A stretch of DNA of 64,000 bases, from the NCBI GenBank assembly GCA_052279835.1, contig CP181291.1, positions 704,001-768,000 on the forward strand, given 5' to 3'. Below, in pieces: positions 31,278-42,226 of the stretch. The notes beneath the pieces are model-generated. The model was given only the letters and a program-made list of their open reading frames with translations, was not told the origin of the DNA and ran no database searches. Position 1 is the stretch's first letter; the number at the start of each line of letters is the position of its first letter. The stretch comes from Microcoleus sp. (GTDB taxonomy: Bacteria; Cyanobacteriota; Cyanobacteriia; Cyanobacteriales; Microcoleaceae). Made by a program: the position numbers and the translations under genes.

Positions 31278-32138
31278 ATGCCAAATTGCTTAAATCAATC
31301 CATGAATTCAAAAAAAATAGAACGAAAGGGTTTTATCACTATTTTAACTGGTTTGTATTCTTTTCAAGATTGCATTCATTTTCTGGCATCTGTCAGGAAG
31401 TTTCACCGCGAACCAATTATTGTTTTAATAGATAAAGTCCCTAGATTTTTATATCCCTTACTTCAGGTGTTTGGAAATGTGAGATTGCAGCCAGCACCGC
31501 CGAACGAAAATCCTGTTTTAGCTTCGCGGCAAGCTAAACTGAGCTTATATCAAGTATCTCCTTTTGAGAAAACTATTTATCTGGACTCCGATATTTGTTT
31601 GTTGTCGCCAATAGATGAAGTTTTTGACTATCTTGATGAGGTGGAGTTGTTGGTGACAGAAGATGTACAGCCGGCGATCGCCAAAGCTGCTAATTTATTA
31701 AGAGTCAAGCAACATATTCTCTCGACTCTGCAATCCGTAGGATTACCCCTCAACGAAAATAGCATTCAATATAATGGCGGATTTATCGCCTTTACCAACA
31801 GCAGTAAAAATCAGGAATTATTCAATTATTTTAAGAAATATTTCAATTTGGTAACTACCAATCAAGATGTGCTACTCTTAAAAGACCAAGGCGCTTTTGC
31901 TGCTGCTATTGCCTCTGTCAAACCGAAAATGAAAACCTTGTCGCCTGTTTACAATTACTTGGACAAATGGAAAGAAGTTTATAGGATTGACGAGCCGATT
32001 AAGGTAATGCACTGTACTTATCCTTACCGCCCGCAGTACGCTAAGAATGTGACGAGAACGCTATTTACTAGAATAGTCGATCGCGCTGCTAAAATATTTT
32101 TACCAAATCAACTTAACAATCCCTGGCGCTTAAAATAG
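31278..32138 (+). CDS. GT-A fold (GT8-like) glycosyltransferase
   Basis: YLDSD DxD motif, NGG, DQGAF, YN, HC motifs. Confidence 0.7.
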   Translation: MPNCLNQSMNSKKIERKGFITILTGLYSFQDCIHFLASVRKFHREPIIVLIDKVPRFLYPLLQVFGNVRLQPAPPNENPVLASRQAKLSLYQVSPFEKTIYLDSDICLLSPIDEVFDYLDEVELLVTEDVQPAIAKAANLLRVKQHILSTLQSVGLPLNENSIQYNGGFIAFTNSSKNQELFNYFKKYFNLVTTNQDVLLLKDQGAFAAAIASVKPKMKTLSPVYNYLDKWKEVYRIDEPIKVMHCTYPYRPQYAKNVTRTLFTRIVDRAAKIFLPNQLNNPWRLK

Positions 32139-32221
32139 ACTTTCTCTAACTCTGCGCCCTCTGCGGTTCATTTAAAAAAAACATCATTCACAACAAAGGA
32201 AATAGGATAGCTCTAGCTGCT

Positions 32222-33019
32222 GTGCAACATTATACTCAAGAATTCTACAAATACTTGCAAAAAACATCCCAAGAATCAGCCAGAGAAATCATTCCAATTA
32301 TTTGGGAATTTGTGCAGCCACAGCGAGTAATTGATGTCGGTTGTGGGACAGGGACTTGGTTGTCAGCATTCACAGAATTCGGCGTTGAAGATATTTTGGG
32401 CATAGATGGTGATTGGGTTGACCCAAAAATGCTGGAAATTCCGGCTGACAAATTTTTAACCTTAGATTTAAGTCAGCCTTTACCTATTGAGCAAAAATTT
32501 GATTTAGTTGTTTCCTTAGAAGTAGCAGAACACATACCCCCGGAGTGCGCCCAGATATTTGTAAACTCTTTAGCGAAGTTAGGTCCAGTAATTTTGTTCT
32601 CGGCCGCAGTACCATTTCAAGGAGGAACAAACCACATCAACGAACAGTGGCCTGACTATTGGGCCAAACTATTTCAAGCACAAGGATATGTAGCGATTGA
32701 CTGCGTGAGAAACAAAATATGGCAAAACGAGCGAGTCCGATGGTACTATGCCCAGAACATACTGATATTTGCCAAACGGGAATATTTAACAACTAATCCC
32801 CTGTTACAAAAAGAGGCAGATAGAACTAACATTTTGCAGCTTGCCTTAATTCATCCATACCTTTATTTGCGAACAGCTTCAGAAGCCACTAAATTAAGAC
32901 AAGAAGTCAAAGACGCTCTAGGATTAACAGACCCAAGAATTTCAGTAAAAAAAGTATTTTTTGCTTTACTAACCTTGACAAAATCTCGGTTAAATGGCAA
33001 AATAAAACAACTTTTTTGA
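32222..33019 (+). CDS. Class I SAM-dependent methyltransferase (glycan-associated)
   Basis: IDVGCGTG, SLEVAEH, GGTNHINEQ. Confidence 0.88.
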   Translation: MQHYTQEFYKYLQKTSQESAREIIPIIWEFVQPQRVIDVGCGTGTWLSAFTEFGVEDILGIDGDWVDPKMLEIPADKFLTLDLSQPLPIEQKFDLVVSLEVAEHIPPECAQIFVNSLAKLGPVILFSAAVPFQGGTNHINEQWPDYWAKLFQAQGYVAIDCVRNKIWQNERVRWYYAQNILIFAKREYLTTNPLLQKEADRTNILQLALIHPYLYLRTASEATKLRQEVKDALGLTDPRISVKKVFFALLTLTKSRLNGKIKQLF

Positions 33020-34188
33020 AAAGATACCAAGTGAAAGTTTCGTTAGTCGCGAGCGATTTGTCAGGAGGAGGTGCAATTCGTGCTTTTCTGTTAGCTCAAG
33101 TTCTGATTGAGCTTAAGTGTGATGTAGAAATTGTCGGATTTATGTTTGGTAAGGAATTATATGCAATTCCTCCTAAAGACATCCCGGTATATGCGATACC
33201 GGGGAGCAAATATCCGGGTTTTGTGATGAACGCTCACAAACTTTTGAAAAAAATAGATGGGGATATTATTTATGCAGTCAAACCTAAACCTAGCAGCTTT
33301 GGTTTATCATTGCTCAAAAAACTGGAGACTCACCGCCCTATAATTTTAGATATAGACGACTGGGAACTGAGCTGGTTCGGCGGAGACGAATGGAAATATC
33401 GCCCTGATTTCAAACAACTTTACCGAGACATTGTAAAAACAAATGGTCAATTGAGAGAACCAGATCATCCGTTGTATATTAAGTGGATGGAAAGTTTAGT
33501 TTCCCGTGCGGATGCTGTCACTGTGGATACGGAGTTTTTAAAACAACGTTTTGGTGGTGTATATTTGCCTAATGGCAAGGATACTGAAATGTTCGATCCG
33601 GCTAAATACCATCCTGAACTAAGCAGACGGCGTTACGGGTTGTCCGGGTATAAAATTTTAATGTTTCCCGGTGCACCGAGACCTCATAAAGGCGTTGAGG
33701 ATGTTTTGATGGCCCTCGAACAGTTAAATCAGCCTAATTTAAAGTTAGCGATTGTGGGCGGAAGTCCTTATGATGATTATGACGATCGACTTATGCAACA
33801 ATGGGGGCGTTGGATTATTAAACTGCCAAAATTTCCAGTGGAAAGGATGCCTGAAGTTGTAGCGGCGGCTCATATTGTCGTTGTTCCTCAGCGAGAGACT
33901 TTGACAGCGGTGGCTCAGTTTCCGCTCAAGTTGACAGATGGGATGGCAATGGCTAAGCCTGTTTTGTCTACGCGAGTGGGGGATATTCCTGAAATTTTAG
34001 GCGGCACCGGTTATTTAGTAGAGCCTAATTCTCCCGCTCAAATTTCCCAGAAAATTCAATGGATATTTCAAAATTTGACAGAAGCAAATCTGCAAGGAAT
34101 GAAAGCTAGGGAAAGATGCGTAGAAAAATATAGCATTAAAACAATGGCCCCGATCCTTTCAGATATAATTGCAGGTATATCGAGGTAA
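33016..34188 (+). CDS. GT4 glycosyltransferase
   Basis: PHKGVE, FPLKLTDGMAMAKPVLSTRVG. Confidence 0.88.
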   Translation: MKRYQVKVSLVASDLSGGGAIRAFLLAQVLIELKCDVEIVGFMFGKELYAIPPKDIPVYAIPGSKYPGFVMNAHKLLKKIDGDIIYAVKPKPSSFGLSLLKKLETHRPIILDIDDWELSWFGGDEWKYRPDFKQLYRDIVKTNGQLREPDHPLYIKWMESLVSRADAVTVDTEFLKQRFGGVYLPNGKDTEMFDPAKYHPELSRRRYGLSGYKILMFPGAPRPHKGVEDVLMALEQLNQPNLKLAIVGGSPYDDYDDRLMQQWGRWIIKLPKFPVERMPEVVAAAHIVVVPQRETLTAVAQFPLKLTDGMAMAKPVLSTRVGDIPEILGGTGYLVEPNSPAQISQKIQWIFQNLTEANLQGMKARERCVEKYSIKTMAPILSDIIAGISR

Positions 34189-34274
34189 ATTTTTAGTGAC
34201 TGAATGGAGGAAGATACACTGGCTGTAATTAAAAAAAATTTTGAAATGTTGTACTATTTAGCTGGGAATGCTTC

Positions 34275-36278
34275 ATGTCTGCAAATAAGCTACTCCTAAA
34301 ATTTGCCAGACGATATCCAGGCAGGATTTTTTTGACTGTGTTCCTGGGATTCTCTGGGGCTTTATTCAATGGTATCAGCACTACTCTGATTGTACCAGTG
34401 CTTTTGAATTTTTTGCAGGAAGCTGTCGAGTTGCGGGGTGCTCCACCTTTAATTAAAATTTTGATGTATCCCTTTGAAGGAATGCCTCAAAATCAGCGTT
34501 TGGTGTTAATGACCGTCGCGATAGTTATGACAATTATATTTAAAAATATTGCTAGTTATACTAATACTTTAGTAGCTACTTCTCTGACGCGGGCTTTGAC
34601 TTTTGACTTGCGAGAGGCTGGATTGCGCTTGTTATTAGAAGTAGATTTGGATTATTACTCAAAAACTAAAGTAGGGGATTTAATTAATAGATTGGGCGGA
34701 GAAGTAGGTCGAACTGCTAATGCAATTGGCACGGCTATCGGGGTGTTTACTACCTCAATTACTGTTTTGGTTTTTGTGGGTTTGCTGCTTTCAATATCTT
34801 GGAAAATGACGCTGACATCTACGATTTTATTGGGGCTGGTTGCTTGGACAAATCAGTATATTATTAACCGTTCTAAACATTTTGGTATGATGTTATCGGA
34901 AATGTCTAAAGATTATTCAGTGGGGATATTGGAAACTATCACTGGGATTAGACTTGTCAAGTCAACCGGGAACGAAGAAAAAGAGTACGAGCGGATTAAA
35001 AAATTAATTCATAGGCGAGAACAAGCGGATTTTTCAGCTCAGATAAACTATGCAGCGATCGCTCCTATTAACGAAGTTGTGAATTTGATAGTGATTATTT
35101 TAATTATATTTATAGGTAGGACAATATTTGTAAATGAAATAGAGTCTATTTCTACGGTTCTTCTAACATATTTATTGGTGCTTTTTAGACTAATACCTCT
35201 GATTTCTCAATTAAATAGTGGTCGCAGTCAATTTGCTAACACATCGGCTAGTGTAGAGGTTGTTAATAATTTTTTAAGATGTGATGACAAGCCATTTATG
35301 CGGAATGGGTTAGTGCCATATACTCATTTGCGATCGGGAATTCATTTTAATAAAATATCTTTTAATTATCCAAATCATAAAAACTTAGTTCTGCAAGGAA
35401 TAGATTTATTTCTACCTCACGGTACTACTTTGGCTTTGGTAGGCAGTTCAGGTTCTGGTAAATCAACTTTAGCAGATTTATTACCGAGATTTTACGATCC
35501 TACTGAAGGTAGTATCTCGATCGATGGCGTGGATCTGCGCGAATTTGATGTCAAAAGCTTGAGAAAAGCTATGGGAATTGTTAGTCAAGATACGTTCTTG
35601 TTTAATGCGTCAGTACGCGACAATATTGCTTATGCTAGACAAGAAGCAACAGAAGCAGAAATTGTGGAGGCAGCGAAGGGAGCAAATGCTTACGAGTTTA
35701 TCAAACAGTTGCCGGAGGGATTGGATACTCAAATTGGCGATCGCGGTCTGATCCTATCGGGAGGGCAGCGTCAGAGAATTTCCATTGCTAGAGCCCTGCT
35801 GCAAAACCCAGAAATTTTAATTTTAGATGAAGCAACCAGCTCCCTGGATACAGTGGCGGAAAGGTACGTGCAAGAGGCGATCGAGAAATTGAGTTACGAT
35901 CGCACCACGTTAGTCATTGCCCACCGCCTCTCCACAGTCCAAAAAGCCCATAAAATCGCTGTGATAGATCGAGGACGAGTAGTAGAAATTGGTTCTCACA
36001 AAGACTTGTTAGCAAAAGGAGGATACTACACCCGCTTGCATTCTATGCAATTTGCCGAAGAAACTGCTCGCGACGAAGCTTTAATTAAAGGTTCTTACGA
36101 AATTCGCACTCGTCTAACTCCCATGATAGCTTACCTAAAATTGCTACTAGATGAAATGGTAGATTCTCCCGAAGAAAGGGATGAACTAATCAGAGAATCC
36201 TTTCAATCCGCTGCTAATATTTTTGAGACTTTAGAATTTATTGAAAATACAATCAGGCGTCAGCCGATTAACAAATAG
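34275..36278 (+). CDS. ABC exporter (HepA/MsbA-like TMD-NBD) with extra C-terminal helical tail
   Basis: GSSGSGKST, LSGGQRQR, LDEATS, IAHRLST. Confidence 0.92.
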   Translation: MSANKLLLKFARRYPGRIFLTVFLGFSGALFNGISTTLIVPVLLNFLQEAVELRGAPPLIKILMYPFEGMPQNQRLVLMTVAIVMTIIFKNIASYTNTLVATSLTRALTFDLREAGLRLLLEVDLDYYSKTKVGDLINRLGGEVGRTANAIGTAIGVFTTSITVLVFVGLLLSISWKMTLTSTILLGLVAWTNQYIINRSKHFGMMLSEMSKDYSVGILETITGIRLVKSTGNEEKEYERIKKLIHRREQADFSAQINYAAIAPINEVVNLIVIILIIFIGRTIFVNEIESISTVLLTYLLVLFRLIPLISQLNSGRSQFANTSASVEVVNNFLRCDDKPFMRNGLVPYTHLRSGIHFNKISFNYPNHKNLVLQGIDLFLPHGTTLALVGSSGSGKSTLADLLPRFYDPTEGSISIDGVDLREFDVKSLRKAMGIVSQDTFLFNASVRDNIAYARQEATEAEIVEAAKGANAYEFIKQLPEGLDTQIGDRGLILSGGQRQRISIARALLQNPEILILDEATSSLDTVAERYVQEAIEKLSYDRTTLVIAHRLSTVQKAHKIAVIDRGRVVEIGSHKDLLAKGGYYTRLHSMQFAEETARDEALIKGSYEIRTRLTPMIAYLKLLLDEMVDSPEERDELIRESFQSAANIFETLEFIENTIRRQPINK

Positions 36279-36280
36279 AT

Positions 36281-36321
36281 ATTGGTTATTGGTTATTGGT
36301 TATTGGTTATTGGTTATTGGT
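36281..36321. repeat. STRR heptamer (ATTGGTT)n
   Basis: About 6 tandem copies. Confidence 0.85.
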
Positions 36322-36443
36322 CATTGATTGTTCGTTATACTAAATTTTGGTTACTCACCCCATAGTTTAATCTTGTTTGCTAACTTTTCCCCCTTTTTCA
36401 CTATACCCAGAGCTTGTTTAACCAATTACCATCACCCATTACC

Positions 36444-37643
36444 ATGTCTCCATATTATGTATTCTTCACCCGCAATATATTGCCACAACCGAATGTAGCT
36501 AGCTTAGTTCAAGTTGCCCACTCGGCGAATGCCGCAGCAAATCTCGGTTTACCAGCAGTGTTAGTATATCTCCGTAAAGGATGGAGTGCTCTTAATCCAG
36601 TAGATTTACTCCATCCTTTTCAACCTAGAAAACCCGATGAAAAACTTGCCAAAATCTACAACATTCAAGAAAACTTAAAAGTAGCAGATTTACCGATGCC
36701 GTGGCCCATCGACCTTTGGGACAACAAGTGGACGAGTTCGAGTACAATAGTATCAAAATACTACCTACCAATGCACCTGCGGAAATCAACTCAAATTGTC
36801 CACAGCCGCGACTGGAACTTTGTCAAAGCAGCAATTAAAAATGGAATTCCCGCTATCTACGAACAGCATCATCACGAAAACAAAAAATTTGAAACAGAAA
36901 TTGTCTGCAATCCTCTGTTTCAAATTGCTGTAACTGTTGCCGATACAGTGCGAGATAGCATGATGCAAAATGGAATGCCACCAGAAAAAGTAATTATGCT
37001 GCACAACGGTTTCAATCATTTATTTTTGGCCAGACAAACGGCAGCATCCCAGAATTGGCGACAGCAGCTATTAACAGACGGCAGACAGCATTTAGCAGTT
37101 TATGCAGGCGGACTTTACCCGTTTAAAGGTGTGGATATGTTAGTAGATGTAGCTGAGGAATTGCCAGGAGTTCAATTTGCGATCGCCGGTGGTAGCGCAT
37201 CCCAAGTAACAGCCTACCAAAAATTAGCCAAATCCCAGCAAGTTAACAACATAAAATTTCTAGGCTACCTCCCACAGAATCAACTTGCTAGCTTACTACA
37301 AGCCGCTGATGTTTTAACTCACCCTCACTGTTGGACAGAAGCTGCGACATTTACATCTCCTTTAAAATTCTTTGATTATATGGCATCGGGAACTCCAATT
37401 GTGGCGACAGAGATTCCATCTTTGCGGGAGTTTAAATCGGGAAACATCGCTGCGACTTGGTGCACACCCGATAACCCCTATGAATTTGCACAAAGCATTC
37501 AAAGTAGTTTAATAAAATATCCCTGGAAGGTAGAAGGTTATGCAGAAACTATGGATTTTGTCAAGCAATTTTCCTGGGAAAATCGGATTGAGAAAATTTT
37601 GAGTTATGTAGACGAGCAAGTGCGATCGCAACTACTTACATAA
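36444..37643 (+). CDS. GT4 glycosyltransferase
   Basis: YPFKGVD, SPLKFFDYMASGTPIV; likely start MSPYYVFF. Confidence 0.88.
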   Translation: MSPYYVFFTRNILPQPNVASLVQVAHSANAAANLGLPAVLVYLRKGWSALNPVDLLHPFQPRKPDEKLAKIYNIQENLKVADLPMPWPIDLWDNKWTSSSTIVSKYYLPMHLRKSTQIVHSRDWNFVKAAIKNGIPAIYEQHHHENKKFETEIVCNPLFQIAVTVADTVRDSMMQNGMPPEKVIMLHNGFNHLFLARQTAASQNWRQQLLTDGRQHLAVYAGGLYPFKGVDMLVDVAEELPGVQFAIAGGSASQVTAYQKLAKSQQVNNIKFLGYLPQNQLASLLQAADVLTHPHCWTEAATFTSPLKFFDYMASGTPIVATEIPSLREFKSGNIAATWCTPDNPYEFAQSIQSSLIKYPWKVEGYAETMDFVKQFSWENRIEKILSYVDEQVRSQLLT

Positions 37644-37718
37644 TTTAAAATTGGTTCCTCTAGTAAGTAAGGACTTTAGCCATTTTTGTGAGAGGACTTC
37701 AGTCCTCACTACAAACTT

Positions 37719-38705
37719 ATGATGGTTCGTATTAACGACATAATATTCAAAATGAACCCAAAAATCATCGCCACAATCACCACCTACCCCGCCATGAGCC
37801 AAAGCGACTGGCTGTGGCAACAAACCCCGGAAAATTTCGGAAAATGGAAAAACATTCAAATGCTAGCAAACCATCCAGAACCAGACTTTTTACTCATGTA
37901 TCAATTCGACTTTCCCAAAGCGCCGAAAAAGCGATCGTGGCTGGACCAAATTCGCCATCCTACCCCTCCAAATTCCGAAAATGAACAACTTCGAGAAAAA
38001 TTGCGCGGAGTCCCCAAAGAACGCATTATTTACCTAATTCGCGAGCCACCATTACCAGAAGTCATTGAAATTACCAAAGCCAACTACGAACAAGCCAAAC
38101 TTTACTGCGGTTACATTTCCGGGCCAGACGACTTCGCACCAAACCCAAATTATATGCCCGCAATTTGGTATCACAGCAACTCATTTCGAGAACTCGATGA
38201 AATGCCTCCACCCGCTAAAACTAAACCCTGTTCTTGGATTACTTCAGGTGTTAGCCGTAGTGCTAATCACCGCCAGCGATTAGAGTTTATCAAATTGCTA
38301 CAAGCACAAGAATTAAATTTTGACCTTTACGGGCGAAACCTGCCCCCTTGGGCCGGCGGTAAAGGCATTGTGAACAATAAATGGCACGCCGTTGCACCTT
38401 ACTATTACAACTTAGCTATTGAAAATTATGCAGCAAACGATTGGTATGTGAGCGAGAAACTTTGGGATGCTTTGTTAGCTTGGTGTTTGCCGATTTATTA
38501 CGGCGGTGCTGCGGCGGATAAATTGTTGCCGGCGGGGAGTTTTCTGCGGCTTCCCAGTCTGGATGAGACAGGAGTAGAATTTATCACAGAGGTGATGGCA
38601 ACTCCCGATTATTGGCATGAAGCGATCGAGAAAATTGCGGAAGCCAGACAAATAATTCTCCACGAATTGAACCTGCTCAATTGGTTGGCTAATTTTACAT
38701 CTTAG
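37719..38705 (+). CDS. GT10-like (alpha-1,3/4-fucosyltransferase family) glycosyltransferase
   Basis: YNLAIEN..YVSEKLWDALLAWCLPIYYG. Confidence 0.8.
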   Translation: MMVRINDIIFKMNPKIIATITTYPAMSQSDWLWQQTPENFGKWKNIQMLANHPEPDFLLMYQFDFPKAPKKRSWLDQIRHPTPPNSENEQLREKLRGVPKERIIYLIREPPLPEVIEITKANYEQAKLYCGYISGPDDFAPNPNYMPAIWYHSNSFRELDEMPPPAKTKPCSWITSGVSRSANHRQRLEFIKLLQAQELNFDLYGRNLPPWAGGKGIVNNKWHAVAPYYYNLAIENYAANDWYVSEKLWDALLAWCLPIYYGGAAADKLLPAGSFLRLPSLDETGVEFITEVMATPDYWHEAIEKIAEARQIILHELNLLNWLANFTS

Positions 38706-39271
38706 GAGATTGGCGGGGAGCATATTAGTCAGCACTTACGCATGGGGGGGCAAAAACCCCTGGTGGTTGAGCGGAGTCGAAACCCTGCGTGAATATTGTC
38801 GAAAAAAAGGACTAATATAAAATCCTCTCTTCATCGTCCTGTATTAAACTCTCTCTTCTCTTGCTTCGCGTCCTACCCTACGGGAACGGCTTCGCCGAAC
38901 GCGCCTTCGCGGTTAAATCATTCCGATACAACCGGAATTGATATAATTTGGCATCCCATCGAGGGGGAGTCGGAGCTAAAATTTGTCATCGAATGACCGT
39001 CAGAGTCGGTGACAGCGCCCAGAGATGCTGCTAAAGTTGAGGATGGGAGCCGGCAAAAAATCAACCCCAGGCAAGATTTTTGGGGAAGGGGCTTTCTGAT
39101 ACACACCCTTAGCACTTATAATTACTACAAGAATATTTACATAGTTCAACAGGTTCTTAAAGAACCTTACTATCCTTAATGAAGCTTAAAATTAGTAAAT
39201 TGTTGGTTAAAGTTACCTGGAACCCCCAGAAGGCTGTAGGCTGCCCCGTCTGGTTAGCGGTGAGATAAATA

Positions 39272-40012
39272 ATGATGCCTCGGATACTTGTTATTGACGA
39301 TGACGCGGCGATCGCGGAACTCGTAGCCATTAACCTAGAAATGGCTGGGTACGAAGTAACCCACGCAGAAGACGGCATCAAAGGTCAGGCCCTAGCCATA
39401 CAACTGCTGCCAGACTTGATCGTCCTAGACCTGATGTTGCCTAGAGTAGACGGATTCACAGTGTGTCAGCGTTTGCGGCGAGACGATCGCACCGCCGACA
39501 TTCCCGTCTTGATGTTGACCGCCTTAAGTCAAACTCAAGACAAAGTAGAAGGCTTCAACTCCGGTGCCGACGACTACCTCACCAAGCCCTTTGAACTAGA
39601 AGAAATGCTAGCGCGAGTGCGAGCCCTACTGAGGCGCACAGACCGCATTCCCCAAGCAGCCAAACACTCCGAAATCCTGAATTACGGACCACTGACCCTT
39701 GTACCAGAAAGGTTTGAAGCTGTTTGGTATACTCAGATTGTCAAATTGACCCACCTAGAGTTCGAGTTACTACACTGCTTGCTTCAGCGCCACGGTCAGA
39801 CAGTCTCTCCCAGCGAAATTCTTAAAGAAGTCTGGGGTTATGACCCCGACGACGACATCGAAACCATTCGCGTACACATCAGACACCTGAGAACCAAGAT
39901 GGAACCCGATCCCCGCCATCCTCGGTACATCAAAACCGTATACGGAGCAGGCTATTGTCTGGAATTACCCAGCAACGAGCAAGTAGCGGAGGAAAGCAAA
40001 TCATCTGCTTGA
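39272..40012 (+). CDS. rpaA: OmpR-family response regulator RpaA
   Basis: [52 protein letters not shown]. Confidence 0.92.
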   Translation: MMPRILVIDDDAAIAELVAINLEMAGYEVTHAEDGIKGQALAIQLLPDLIVLDLMLPRVDGFTVCQRLRRDDRTADIPVLMLTALSQTQDKVEGFNSGADDYLTKPFELEEMLARVRALLRRTDRIPQAAKHSEILNYGPLTLVPERFEAVWYTQIVKLTHLEFELLHCLLQRHGQTVSPSEILKEVWGYDPDDDIETIRVHIRHLRTKMEPDPRHPRYIKTVYGAGYCLELPSNEQVAEESKSSA

Positions 40013-40052
40013 GTTAGTGCGCCACAAGCCACAACCAATGACAAATCTAGCT

Positions 40053-40086
40053 AAAAAAGCCTGAGAACACTTGCTCTCAGGCTTTT
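40053..40086. terminator. Bidirectional intrinsic terminator
   Basis: aaaaaagcctgag-loop-ctcaggctttt between convergent genes. Confidence 0.75.
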
Positions 40087-40103
40087 AATTTCTAATCGAC
40101 CCA

Positions 40104-40955
40104 TCAAGCAACCTCAGTATCGCAGCGTTGATGTTCCATCCGAAATACATTCGCGTACAAACTAGCAACAATCTGTTTACCTTCCTGGGTTAACTGTAAG
40201 TAACCGAGAGATTCGCTGATGTGCGGATAAATACCGATCCAGTAAAACTTCGAGTAGCTTTGGAGCAAGTCCCCCGGATGTCGGTAGCCCAAAACCTTAG
40301 TATCACCGCTTTCTTCCAATTCGTAAAACAGCGCCCCCATTTTTTGTAAATATTGTGGGTTGCTCAGTTGACCGATCAAGTCCGCACCGCGAACTAAACT
40401 CGAATCATTAACTACATTCTGATTAGCGTTGCTCTCCAGCACCGAAAAACGAGTTTCCTCGATGTTTTGCTTGATGGCTTCAGCATTAATTAGCTTGTGA
40501 TTCCCGAAGCGTTCGTCAATGAAGAGTTTAGCTCTATCAACTCGGTAAGGTGCTAGGCTGGCTGCGGTTGCACCGGGAGGAAGTGCAATTTTTATGCCAT
40601 TTTTTCCTGTAGCGTACAATCCTTCTGCTGGTTGGTCAAGTCGGCAAACTCCTTTAACATATCCGATATCTTGACAAAGCAACGAAATGATGAAGTGAAG
40701 CCAATCTTCGCAGGATACTCCTCCTTTGCGAATGTGTTTTCCCCGCAAGATTTCTTGACCGACTAGGGTGACACAAATTGCGTGTTCTACATTATGATAA
40801 AGAGCGTCGCTATTGGCAATGTTTTCTAATGCCATTGCTCCCACCCAAGAAATTATATCTGCATAATCTGATTTATACCCTCCGTAAGTGCGACTATAGC
40901 CGTTCTCAAGGTGTTGAATGAAAGCCTCTATTAGTAGTTCAGTAGAATTAAACAT
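40104..40955 (-). CDS. Npun_R2479-type HD-domain protein, degenerate active site
   Basis: ALYHNVEH, ADLIGQL; HD motif reads QD. Confidence 0.8.
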   Translation of the reverse strand: MFNSTELLIEAFIQHLENGYSRTYGGYKSDYADIISWVGAMALENIANSDALYHNVEHAICVTLVGQEILRGKHIRKGGVSCEDWLHFIISLLCQDIGYVKGVCRLDQPAEGLYATGKNGIKIALPPGATAASLAPYRVDRAKLFIDERFGNHKLINAEAIKQNIEETRFSVLESNANQNVVNDSSLVRGADLIGQLSNPQYLQKMGALFYELEESGDTKVLGYRHPGDLLQSYSKFYWIGIYPHISESLGYLQLTQEGKQIVASLYANVFRMEHQRCDTEVA

Positions 40956-41081
40956 ACCCGTCCTTTTACCCTAGTATCGCCTTCCTCTAGTATGGATTTT
41001 AAATTTTTGTGAGTTTAGGTTGAATCCCTCGCGAATTAATTAATCGAAGCTTAACTTAAAAATCACCAATGCCCTAGAAAG

Positions 41082-41285
41082 TTAGTCCATCACGGACAGC
41101 CATCCCCGGCGTACTGCGTAAAGTAGTCTGCTGATGATTTTTTGGTCGTCTGAGCTTCGGGAAGTTTGAGAATTAATTGCCGATTGAATCTCTTGTAACT
41201 GATTTTTGTCAATGGTTCCAGATTTCCAAATGTTTAAGTAGAGTTCCGAAATTGTATATTCGGGAATAAAAGTTTTGGTTCTCAT
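41082..41285 (-). CDS. Small cyanobacterial hypothetical protein (67 aa)
   Basis: Start MRTKTFIPE; ends ISRLLYAVRRGWL. Confidence 0.7.
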   Translation of the reverse strand: MRTKTFIPEYTISELYLNIWKSGTIDKNQLQEIQSAINSQTSRSSDDQKIISRLLYAVRRGWLSVMD

Positions 41286-41704
41286 GGCAGGTCTAGTTGA
41301 ATTTATATTGTTTATTATTGGGGTAATTTCTATAATCTTATGTGATATGGATCGACCCGTAGCTGTGATGCGATCGCCAGAGTCAAGTTGAGACCCATCT
41401 ACCAAAGGATTCAAGACCTCAAGGCTATTTTTCACTAAACCCCGTTTCTGCCTCCGCCACTGAGATTGCCTTGGCCACTGCACTGCTTAGCAGTGGCGAA
41501 AAACTCCCGGAAATAAGTTTCAACCGTAGCGGGCGATCTAAAAAATATTGCCAAAAAGAGTTGAGTCGTGTACAATACAGAGTCTGGTATCCTCATTCAT
41601 CCATAATTTTCCCCAAAATCCCATCTCCGCATAGGGGAAGGGACTTTCAGTGCGGATGCCACAAAATCACTCTATTCAGCAAAAAGCTAGAAATGCCGTA
41701 ACTC

Positions 41705-42088
41705 ATGCCCACTATTCAGCAACTCATTCGTTCAGCACGGGAACAAACGCAGAAAAAAACCAAATCGCCAGCTCTCAAGAGTTGCCCCCAGCGCCGCGGA
41801 GTTTGTACCAGAGTGTACACAACCACCCCGAAAAAACCTAACTCGGCGCTGCGAAAGGTGGCGCGGGTGCGGCTGACTTCTGGTTTTGAAGTGACAGCCT
41901 ACATCCCCGGTATCGGTCACAACTTGCAAGAACACTCCGTAGTCATGATCCGCGGCGGTAGGGTAAAAGATTTGCCTGGAGTTAGATACCACATCATTCG
42001 CGGTACATTAGACACGGCAGGGGTGAAAGACCGCAAACAAGGTCGTTCCAAATACGGGGCAAAACGTCCTAAAGCAGCGAAGAAATAA
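41705..42088 (+). CDS. rpsL: 30S ribosomal protein S12
   Basis: [17 protein letters not shown]. Confidence 0.99.
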   Translation: MPTIQQLIRSAREQTQKKTKSPALKSCPQRRGVCTRVYTTTPKKPNSALRKVARVRLTSGFEVTAYIPGIGHNLQEHSVVMIRGGRVKDLPGVRYHIIRGTLDTAGVKDRKQGRSKYGAKRPKAAKK

Positions 42089-42226
42089 AACGTAACTTGC
42101 ATCTTTGAGGGGTTAGAGAGCCAAAATAAACCCTCGATCGCCCGTTGATAGCTAATTAATAGTCGATCGATAGCTCACAAAAACCCCAAACTCCATCATT
42201 CAAAATCAAAAATCCCAAATAGAACT

